This document shows positions 9,147 through 16,773 of a DNA stretch of 64,000 bases, in pieces. Source of the stretch: Minisyncoccota bacterium (GTDB lineage Bacteria; Patescibacteriota; Minisyncoccia; Phycocordibacterales; Phycocordibacteraceae); contig DASPLK010000005.1 of NCBI GenBank assembly GCA_035627595.1, forward strand, positions 3,877 through 67,876, read 5' to 3'. A program made the position numbers and the translations under genes. A model generated the notes under the pieces. It ran no database searches. It worked only from the letters and a program-made list of their open reading frames with translations, and had not been told where the DNA came from. Within the stretch, counting starts at the first letter, position 1. Each line of letters begins with the position of its first letter.

Positions 9147-10225
9147 TAACGCATGATCTCGCTCAGGGATGGTGGTACGTATACCTCTTCTACCGTAAAC
9201 TCGTGCCTTCCGATGGTCTGACCCTCGGCTGTCTTTATGGATACGCGCCAACGGCCAGGCTCCGGGTTTGTCTTAACGCTGTACCCACGGTATCCCTCTG
9301 CCCTGCCGCCGGAAACCGGAAACGACACACGATTTACTGTCTGCCACTTCCCGTCGCGGAGATGCTCCCATTGGTGCACCACGGTCGCAGAAAAGCGTAT
9401 GGGAGCGAAGACCGCGCTATATGCGTAAAGGGGCGCGCCAGGGACGTGGTGCACGGTGACAGGCCTATAGAACTCCCACCAGGGACGCTCCGGTTCGGCA
9501 AGGACACGGTATCCGTCCGGCACCTTCTCAACCAGGTGGTATATCCGAACGTCTTTAAGGCCAAGCGGTAGAGGTGGAATAAGGCCCGTAAAATACGCGC
9601 CATTCATCAGTACGACTATGGCAACACTACTTAGGATTATCTGACGGAATCCCTTTCTGAATCGGCTCTCGCCCACACGGTACAGCACTAAGAGGAAGAT
9701 GAGGAATGCCGAGAGTGCGATGGCGCTACTAAGTCCAAACACCCATGGGCCAAGCTTCCCGATGAAAAGCGGAAGCGCGAATATCACGTACGCATAGAAA
9801 CCAAAGAAGAAGAGCGTTGTCTGGAATGCCAGGTGGTCTCGATATGAGCGGAAGATCTCGTTTCCAAAAAATACGACTGCCAGAAGCAGCAGGAATGGCC
9901 AGGAGACGCCGAGTACGGCTCCCTTAGTGTAGAAAATCAGTGAGCCGGAAAGGATGGCGCCAATCTCATACTGAATAAAGAGGGGCAAGAGAACGAGGAG
10001 TGTTTGGCTGATGCGCCCGGGACGCTCCCTTCTATGTGAAGCGAGGTAGTGCGCAAGGAGGATCGCTGTGCCTCCAAAAATCAAATACACCGTAAAGATG
10101 AGGTTTACGATACTAACCTCAAGGAGCGTGAACGCGGCAATGTCGCCTATAAACCCGGCAAGAAAAAATACGGACGAGAGCCAGCGTTCGTTTCGTTTCG
10201 CCCACGCTAGAAGGGCTTGATTCAT
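9146..10225 (-). CDS. DUF2914-domain membrane protein
   Basis: About 7 N-terminal TM helices; C-terminal YAYSAVFAP, VHQW, GGRAEGYRGYSVK, PGRWRV. Confidence 0.82.
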   Translation of the reverse strand: MNQALLAWAKRNERWLSSVFFLAGFIGDIAAFTLLEVSIVNLIFTVYLIFGGTAILLAHYLASHRRERPGRISQTLLVLLPLFIQYEIGAILSGSLIFYTKGAVLGVSWPFLLLLAVVFFGNEIFRSYRDHLAFQTTLFFFGFYAYVIFALPLFIGKLGPWVFGLSSAIALSAFLIFLLVLYRVGESRFRKGFRQIILSSVAIVVLMNGAYFTGLIPPLPLGLKDVRIYHLVEKVPDGYRVLAEPERPWWEFYRPVTVHHVPGAPLYAYSAVFAPIRFSATVVHQWEHLRDGKWQTVNRVSFPVSGGRAEGYRGYSVKTNPEPGRWRVSIKTAEGQTIGRHEFTVEEVYVPPSLSEIMR

Positions 10226-10302
10226 TGGTGCTTGGGGGCGGATTCGAACCGCCGACCCTTCGCTCTTCAGGCGAATGCTCTAACCAACTGAGCTACCCAA
10301 GC
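10226..10302 (-). tRNA. tRNA-Phe(GAA)
   Basis: GCTTGGG/CCCAAGC acceptor, TTCGC-CTGAAGA-GCGAA anticodon arm, GTTCGAATC, encoded ACCA. Confidence 0.97.
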
Positions 10303-10341
10303 AGTAGAGGCATCCTACCATACGGCATCCTGTTTTTCACC

Positions 10342-10614
10342 CTACTCCCTGCCTGTATACAGGCGGTATGCCTCCTCGATCATATCGGCTGAAGGAAGCC
10401 CCATAACGCTCGCACCGGCCCCTTTAGTAAGGGAGTCGAGGATAGGACCGATGAGTAGAAGCGGTAGGATGATGACTACGGTCCAGATCACTACCTTGGT
10501 CCAGAATGCGATGCGGCCGATGCGCCGCATCTGATGGAGCATCTCGTTATTCTCACGGGTAACCGCAATGTTCTCTTTAAGAAGCGCCTCAAGTGAATCG
10601 TGTTCTTTGTTCAT
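10342..10614 (-). CDS. Small single-pass membrane protein
   Basis: LLKENIAVTRENNEMLHQMRR followed by one TM helix; start at ATG 10614. Confidence 0.7.
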   Translation of the reverse strand: MNKEHDSLEALLKENIAVTRENNEMLHQMRRIGRIAFWTKVVIWTVVIILPLLLIGPILDSLTKGAGASVMGLPSADMIEEAYRLYTGRE

Positions 10615-10616
10615 AG

Positions 10617-11075
10617 TTACGCAGAAACGACACACACGCCGTTCTTCTTTATACAAAAGAGGCCGCTACACTTATCACACTCCATTGTGTAGAGCGCGTA
10701 TCGACCAGAACCGATAAGTACAACCCCAATCATGGTGGCAGCCAAGAGCAGCTCGAACTCGGCCGCCGCAAACATAGAGCCGCCGCTAATGAGTAGTGCG
10801 GCTATTATCATTTCAATGCCGAGGACGCCGGCAAAAACGCGTGGCGCGATACCAAGTATGAGCGCGACACCACCCAATATCTCAAGCCAGGCGATGAATA
10901 TAGCAATCAGGGGCGAAAACCCGAGAGTATCAAAGAGCATAATGGTTGCGCTCATATCAGCGATTTTCTGATACCCATGAGAGAGAAATATGGAGCCGGC
11001 TGCGACACGCACGAGCAAAAGACCCGCAGAGCGGTTATAGAATATTTTGCTCACCCGACGTATGGCTGGCTGCAT
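10617..11075 (-). CDS. DoxX family membrane protein with Cys-rich tail
   Basis: LLLVRVAAGSIFLSHGYQK, EILGG..LILG, E.ELLL, GSGRYAL. Confidence 0.85.
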   Translation of the reverse strand: MQPAIRRVSKIFYNRSAGLLLVRVAAGSIFLSHGYQKIADMSATIMLFDTLGFSPLIAIFIAWLEILGGVALILGIAPRVFAGVLGIEMIIAALLISGGSMFAAAEFELLLAATMIGVVLIGSGRYALYTMECDKCSGLFCIKKNGVCVVSA

Positions 11076-11109
11076 GAAGTGCGTGTCCGATGAGTATAGC
11101 ACTAGGGGA

Positions 11110-11775
11110 CTATTCTGCCTTTAAAAGACAGGCTTTTAGCTCATTTGTCTCCGTCCAACCGCACTCACCGCTAGGCTGGCGCTCACAGGTAGCGCCCCTG
11201 TAGCAGGCGTATGATTCCCGATATTCGCAGGTAGAGACAATGTCTGGCCTGTCGCTACACAGATGCATAGAGCAGCCGCCGACATAACACGTTGTGGGAG
11301 CGGGTGTAGGCGTGGGCGTGGCTATGTCACGCTCTTCTATGAAAAATGTAAGGCGGTAGTCCCCTTCAGCTATATCTTGTCCCGAGCGCGTCTCAGGCGC
11401 TACGCTCGCAAAAAGGACTTCCTCCGCCTCAGTGGTGACGCTGTTTCCAAGCGTAATGGTATTAGTGCTTGTACCCATGCCAGATACTATCTCAACATCT
11501 GCACGGACGGTTCCCGCCTGAATACACTGTACGTCAGTCGGGCACCGACTGTCTTCAATGATAGAGAGCGGCGTGACCCGCAGATTCTCAAAGAGAGCGG
11601 ACTCCCCGAGCGCGAGCGTCACTTCGCCGTACTGGCGCACCTGAGGGGCCCCTTCGGTTGTGGTAGCAACCCCAAGCGGTGACTCGGGCCGTGCATAATC
11701 GTATGCCGCGTAGGCGACCGCTCCTAGGGCAATAGCTGCTATGGAGACAAACAGGATGATATACGGGCGGTTCAT
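11110..11775 (-). CDS. Membrane-anchored Cys-rich exported protein
   Basis: N-terminal TM; EDSRCPTDVQCIQAG; PT linker; C-terminal 8-Cys cluster CYVGGCS..LC...CGW. Confidence 0.75.
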   Translation of the reverse strand: MNRPYIILFVSIAAIALGAVAYAAYDYARPESPLGVATTTEGAPQVRQYGEVTLALGESALFENLRVTPLSIIEDSRCPTDVQCIQAGTVRADVEIVSGMGTSTNTITLGNSVTTEAEEVLFASVAPETRSGQDIAEGDYRLTFFIEERDIATPTPTPAPTTCYVGGCSMHLCSDRPDIVSTCEYRESYACYRGATCERQPSGECGWTETNELKACLLKAE

Positions 11776-11835
11776 ATGCCTTTCACCTTTAAAAATTAAG
11801 ACGGGTACGGCAGAGCTTTCTGTCCGGTCTACGGG

Positions 11836-11907
11836 TGCCCCCGCTAGGAATCGAACCTAGATCATCGCGTTAGGAGTGCGAAGTTCTATCCATTGAACTA
11901 CAGGGGC
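11836..11907 (-). tRNA. tRNA-Arg(CCT)
   Basis: GCCCCTG/CGGGGGC acceptor, loop CTCCTAA, GTTCGATTC, A20 present; CCA not encoded. Confidence 0.93.
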
Positions 11908-11970
11908 GACGTCCGAAGACTAACACAAAACCGCGCTCTTCGCGCGGCTCTATGGCTCCTTATAACGCCC

Positions 11971-12213
11971 CTAGGCAGCTGCGCCAAAAAGGGATTCGAG
12001 CTTCGGCTTATCGAAGCCAACGATGACTTCCTCGTCCACTAGGATGACCGGAACGCCCATCTGGCCGCTCTTCTGAATCATCTCCTGACGCTTATCAAGG
12101 TCTGCTGCAACGTTGTGCTCAGTGTAGCTAATGCCCTTACCAGCAAGGAACTCCTTGGTCATCTGGCAAAAATGGCAGGTTGGGGTGCTGTAAATTGTGA
12201 CGTTCTTATCCAT
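11971..12213 (-). CDS. Glutaredoxin-like (NrdH/YruB-type) redoxin
   Basis: YSTPTCHFC, SGQMGVPVI, IVGFD. Confidence 0.92.
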   Translation of the reverse strand: MDKNVTIYSTPTCHFCQMTKEFLAGKGISYTEHNVAADLDKRQEMIQKSGQMGVPVILVDEEVIVGFDKPKLESLFGAAA

Positions 12214-12261
12214 ACAAAGTGTTTAGTAGGGGCAGTATAGCATATGGGCCCTGGGGATAAC

Positions 12262-12819
12262 TTAGCGTCTGTTGCGCCCAATATTATCCTCGTGATTTAG
12301 ACGCCCTAGTGCGGCCGTGCGCGATACCTGACGGTTTTGTTCAGCAAGTTTTATCTTGTCTTGATCAAGCTTGCGCTTCAGCGTCGGTATACGGGAAGTG
12401 ATTTCGCGGATACGCGCTCGCATTTTCTCCATTCTCGTCTGCGCTTCGCGCTCTTTTGCACTACCTGTGCGCTGCGCATGTTCCATGCGCCGCTCCACCC
12501 CCTCCGCCTCACGCTTCATACGCTCGGCCTCTTCGCGTTTACGCTGCGCTTCGTCAAGCGCGTGTCGTGCTTCAGATTCAAGCCGTGTAGCCTCCCGAAG
12601 ACGGTACTCCGCCTCGCGCGCAAGCTTCTCCGCTTCCTCGTCCGTGCTCCCTGCATCATGCACCGCTGCAGAAGCCCGGTGCAAATCGGTCTCTGCTTGA
12701 CGCTTCTCAGACTCCGTACGCCGAAGCTCATCCTGAAGGGTAGCTAGTTCGCGCTCCTCACGTGCAATTTCTGATTGCAACCGATCACGCTCGCGCTCCA
12801 TTTGGAAGATGTCTGCCAT
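12262..12819 (-). CDS. Coiled-coil hypothetical protein
   Basis: E/R/A-rich heptad pattern; TACCAT -10 box 6 nt before ATG. Confidence 0.7.
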   Translation of the reverse strand: MADIFQMERERDRLQSEIAREERELATLQDELRRTESEKRQAETDLHRASAAVHDAGSTDEEAEKLAREAEYRLREATRLESEARHALDEAQRKREEAERMKREAEGVERRMEHAQRTGSAKEREAQTRMEKMRARIREITSRIPTLKRKLDQDKIKLAEQNRQVSRTAALGRLNHEDNIGRNRR

Positions 12820-12844
12820 GACTCTATGGTATCACTTATGCCAG

Positions 12845-12915
12845 TGCGGAATACGAGAATCGAACTCGTACCTGATGCTTGGGAAGCATCCGTTCTACCA
12901 CTAAACTAATTCCGC
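12845..12915 (-). tRNA. tRNA-Gly(CCC)
   Basis: GCGGAAT/ATTCCGC acceptor, GATGC-TTCCCAA-GCATC anticodon arm, GTTCGATTC; CCA not encoded. Confidence 0.95.
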
Positions 12916-12918
12916 TTT

Positions 12919-13278
12919 CTACCAGATCCCGAACCATCCCAAAGTCTTTTTCCACCAGGGCAGCGTAGGAGTTGTGGTTGCCTCTTTAGGGGGCACCACG
13001 ATGATAACCTCCTCTCCGGGACGCGCAACTCCATACGTCTCCCGCAAGGTCGCCTCATGTCCACGTTCGGTACTGAGCTCCTCAAGGTTCCCCTCCAAGG
13101 TTGCTTCGCGCTCTCGAAGGATGCGTAGCTGCTCCTGAGTCTCTGCTGCCGCATGTCGGGCTACCTCTTCCTTCCTGAAGATGCCAAACACCATGAAAAG
13201 AAGCCACACGATGACAAGTGCGAGTATGCCCGCGATGAGGTATTCGCGCGCACGTGTCTTATGTGTCTTACGGGGCAT
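12919..13278 (-). CDS. Septum formation initiator (FtsB/DivIC-like)
   Basis: TM + coiled coil + LRETYGVARPGEEVIIV. Confidence 0.75.
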   Translation of the reverse strand: MPRKTHKTRAREYLIAGILALVIVWLLFMVFGIFRKEEVARHAAAETQEQLRILREREATLEGNLEELSTERGHEATLRETYGVARPGEEVIIVVPPKEATTTPTLPWWKKTLGWFGIW

Positions 13279-13296
13279 AGCCCCAAGTATAGCAAG

Positions 13297-15090
13297 CTAG
13301 CGCTCGCTATCCTGGACCATCTTCATAAAGACGTCCTGGGGAATGTCCATCTTTGCATGTTCGCCACGGCGCTTCTTTCCCTTCTTCTGCTTCTCGAGGA
13401 GCTTCATCTTACGGGTGATGTCGCCGCCATACAGATAGCCGGTGACATCCTTGCGAAAGGCGGATAGGGACTTGGAAGCGATGATGCGTCCCATAGCGAA
13501 CGCCTGGATCTTTGTCACGAACTGCTGGCGCGGCAAAATATTGTTGAGCTTCTCCACCATGCGCTCCCCTTCCTCTTGGACCCTGCGTCGGGCAACCACG
13601 CGCGCAAATGCTGGCACAGTCTCCTCCGCGACATGTATATCAAGCTTCACGACGTCTGCTGGTCGCTCATCAAGGAACTCGTACGAAAGCGATGCGTATC
13701 CAGAAGAGACGTTCTTCACACGGTCAAAGAAACCGCGCATAAGCTCGCGGAGCGGCATCTCTGCGACAAGCTCCATGCGTCCATCCAAGTGCGCTTGGCT
13801 GCTCATTACCGCACCCTCGTGGTCATGGAAGAGCTGGATCATGCCGGACAAAGATTCGGGCGGCGTGATAAGCACGACTTTCACCCACGGCTCTTCAATT
13901 GCGGTGATATCACCAAACGGCGGGAACTTTGAAGGCGTGTAAATAGTCTCACGCTTCCCATTCTTATTTGTAACAATGTACGCGATTGTTGGGATTGTAA
14001 CGATAAGCGTCAGGTTAAATTCACGCTTCAAGCGCTCGGTAACAATCTCAAGATGGAGCATGCCCAGGAAACCGCAGCGGAAACCACGACCAAGGACGCC
14101 CGAGGACTCTTCCTCAAACGAGAGCGAAGAATCGGAGAGCCTGAGGCGCTCAAGTGCGAGTCGCAGCTCAGAAAGATCATCCTGACTTTCAGGATATACC
14201 GAGGCCCACACGACCGGACGTGGGCGCGCGAAGCCCTCCAGAGGCGGGGTAACGGCTCTGTCGGATAGGACGGTATCACCCACCGCAACGACGCCCGCCT
14301 CCTTCACTCCAGTCACGATGTATCCAATCTCACCAGCAGCAAGTTGCTCGGTCGGAAGTTCGTCGGGCATGAAAATACCTGTCTCAAGTGCGGTGAAGCG
14401 CTGGTTAGCAGCAGCGAATTTGAGTACGTCTCCCTTTTTCAAAGTGCCGTCAAAGACGCGCGCGAAGACAGCGATGCCGCGATGGGTCGAGTATGAGAAA
14501 TCAAAAATGAGCGCGCGCGTATCGCCGCTACCTTCTCGTGGAGCAGGCACTCGAGCGATAATCGCTTCCAGAAGAGCCTCGACGCCCTCGCCGGTCTTTC
14601 CAGAGACAGCAAGCACGGTCTCAGGATCTACTGACAGCAGCTCAGCAAGCTCAATAGAGACATCATCCACGCGAGATGCAGGCGCATCGATCTTTGAGAG
14701 CACAGGGATGATGGTACAGCCCGCGTCCTTGGCCATTTGAAGCGTGGTCAGGGTCTGTGCCTGCACGCCCTGGGTAGAATCTACAAGCAAGACGACGCCC
14801 TCGACTGCGGACAATGCGCGCGAAACTTCGTACGCAAAGTCGATATGGCCCGGGGTATCGATGAGGTTCAAAATATATTCCTCGCCGTCCTTAGCACGGT
14901 ACTTCATCCTGGCCGGCTGCATTTTGATGGTGATTCCGCGCTCGCGCTCAAGGTCCATCTTGTCCAAGACCTGGTCGCGCATCTTTCGAGCCTCTATGGT
15001 GCCGGTACGCTCAAGGAGCCTATCGGCAAGTGTAGACTTGCCGTGGTCAATGTGCGCGATGATGGAAAAGTTGCGGATGCGATTGGTCAT
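13297..15090 (-). CDS. lepA: Elongation factor 4
   Basis: IRNFSIIAHIDHGKSTLADR, DTPGHIDF, GFRCGFLGMLH, YGGDITRKMKLLEKQKKGKK. Confidence 0.98.
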   Translation of the reverse strand: MTNRIRNFSIIAHIDHGKSTLADRLLERTGTIEARKMRDQVLDKMDLERERGITIKMQPARMKYRAKDGEEYILNLIDTPGHIDFAYEVSRALSAVEGVVLLVDSTQGVQAQTLTTLQMAKDAGCTIIPVLSKIDAPASRVDDVSIELAELLSVDPETVLAVSGKTGEGVEALLEAIIARVPAPREGSGDTRALIFDFSYSTHRGIAVFARVFDGTLKKGDVLKFAAANQRFTALETGIFMPDELPTEQLAAGEIGYIVTGVKEAGVVAVGDTVLSDRAVTPPLEGFARPRPVVWASVYPESQDDLSELRLALERLRLSDSSLSFEEESSGVLGRGFRCGFLGMLHLEIVTERLKREFNLTLIVTIPTIAYIVTNKNGKRETIYTPSKFPPFGDITAIEEPWVKVVLITPPESLSGMIQLFHDHEGAVMSSQAHLDGRMELVAEMPLRELMRGFFDRVKNVSSGYASLSYEFLDERPADVVKLDIHVAEETVPAFARVVARRRVQEEGERMVEKLNNILPRQQFVTKIQAFAMGRIIASKSLSAFRKDVTGYLYGGDITRKMKLLEKQKKGKKRRGEHAKMDIPQDVFMKMVQDSER

Positions 15091-16766
15091 TGGTTCGGAC
15101 CGCCGAGTATGGAACCGGACGGCGGTAGAGCTCGAGTCGAGGTGAGCCTGCGTAGCGTCTGGTAGAGGTCCCGGAACTCTCTGTTCTCCAGAAGGACGAG
15201 AACCGCTGCAGAAACGACTAGACCCACCATACCAGCGACTGCGCCCTGCGTGAAGACCAGGAAGAGATTCGACAACGGCGCGATGTTGCCCATGAAGGAC
15301 AGCGCGCCATAAGCGGCAGATCCGCCAAGGATTGCGGCGCCCATGCCCTCAAACAGCGGACGGATGAGATCTTTGCCTACTCCGGGGGCTACATCCTTAA
15401 GAGTCGCAAATGCTATTACGCCCATCACGAGCTGGCCGACCAAGGCACCAAGCGCGATCAAGAGAATCTCGCTTCCCGGCACGTCCTCTACTCTAAAGAG
15501 TCCTTCCACGAAATATCGGACTAGGGGCTCAGCGCGCGCAAGAGCCAAGAAGCCCCAGGCGCATGCCCCTGAGATAAGCGCGCCGCCAAGTTGAATAAGG
15601 AACGGATTCCAGGAACGCCCAGACGCGTAAAATGCACGCGAAGCGAGCAGAACGAATCCTTGCGCCACGAGTGCCATGACAAGTATGGCGAGCACCGCTG
15701 CAGTGAGTCTCGTCGCATCCCAGTCAAATGCACCCGATCCGAGGATGATGCGCACGAGATGCGCCCTCAGGACAATGAACAGGACAAGCGCTGCGGACGA
15801 CCAGAAGATGAGGTGGCGCGCTGCGGCAGTAAGAGTTGCCCTGAACTCTTCGAATTTCTTCTGCCCCACCTGCTCGGCAAGCACGGGAAAGGCCGCGGTC
15901 GCGTAGGATGCGCCGATGAGCGCGAGCGGCACTGCCTCTAGGTTCGCGGCAAATGTGAACACGGCGACGCTTCCCTCTCCGACTCCTGCTGCGAGCACTG
16001 TAAGAAGGAGCATGGTGACCGCACTCATCGCAAGGGCAAGTGAACGCGGCGCGGAATCCGCCACGACATCCTTAAGGAGCGAGAACCGCGGCAGGCACAG
16101 ACGCGGGGTCAATCCCGCCTTCCATACGACCGGTAGGTGTATGGATACATGGAGCACCGCGCCTGCGATGACACCCCAACCGATACCGATAAGCCCGTAG
16201 ATCGGGTAAAGGAACACGGTTCCCGCGATAATGCCAAGGTTGTACAGCACCGGCGAAAGCGCGAACAAGAAGAACTTGCGCTCAATCTGCGTTACGGACG
16301 TGAGGATGCCCGAAAGCCCAAGCAAGAGCGGCTGTACCAGAAGAAGCCGTATGAGCAGCACGAACTGGTCAGCCTCGCTTGAGGATGCGAAGTCTGGGAA
16401 GAACGTGAACGCAATATCTCGGGCAAACACTGCAAGCACGAGACACAGCACGCCCCCGCCTATAAGTAGGAACGATGCTGTCTCGGATATGAGCACCCGT
16501 GCGTCTTTCTTCCCTGATGAGGCAATACGCGGAATGAGCACGTATGCAGACACCAGGGAGGCGACGAGTGCAAACACAAGATCCGGAATCTTGAACGCTG
16601 CGTAGTAGAGGTCGAGCGTCTCAGATGCGCCAAACGTGTGCGCGAAGATACGATCCCTCAACAGCGCAAGCAGCTGGGATGCAAGCGTGAGCGCAGCAAG
16701 CAAGTACGCGGCCTGATGTAGGCCGCGTACCGGTGCTGTTAGTCGTCCAAATATCTTGCGAACCAT
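15087..16766 (-). CDS. murJ: Lipid II flippase MurJ (MviN)
   Basis: LLALLRDR, DLYYAAFKIPDL, SPVLYNLGII, RAFYA; ~14 TM. Confidence 0.9.
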   Translation of the reverse strand: MVRKIFGRLTAPVRGLHQAAYLLAALTLASQLLALLRDRIFAHTFGASETLDLYYAAFKIPDLVFALVASLVSAYVLIPRIASSGKKDARVLISETASFLLIGGGVLCLVLAVFARDIAFTFFPDFASSSEADQFVLLIRLLLVQPLLLGLSGILTSVTQIERKFFLFALSPVLYNLGIIAGTVFLYPIYGLIGIGWGVIAGAVLHVSIHLPVVWKAGLTPRLCLPRFSLLKDVVADSAPRSLALAMSAVTMLLLTVLAAGVGEGSVAVFTFAANLEAVPLALIGASYATAAFPVLAEQVGQKKFEEFRATLTAAARHLIFWSSAALVLFIVLRAHLVRIILGSGAFDWDATRLTAAVLAILVMALVAQGFVLLASRAFYASGRSWNPFLIQLGGALISGACAWGFLALARAEPLVRYFVEGLFRVEDVPGSEILLIALGALVGQLVMGVIAFATLKDVAPGVGKDLIRPLFEGMGAAILGGSAAYGALSFMGNIAPLSNLFLVFTQGAVAGMVGLVVSAAVLVLLENREFRDLYQTLRRLTSTRALPPSGSILGGPNQ

Positions 16767-16773
16767 CCCTCAG

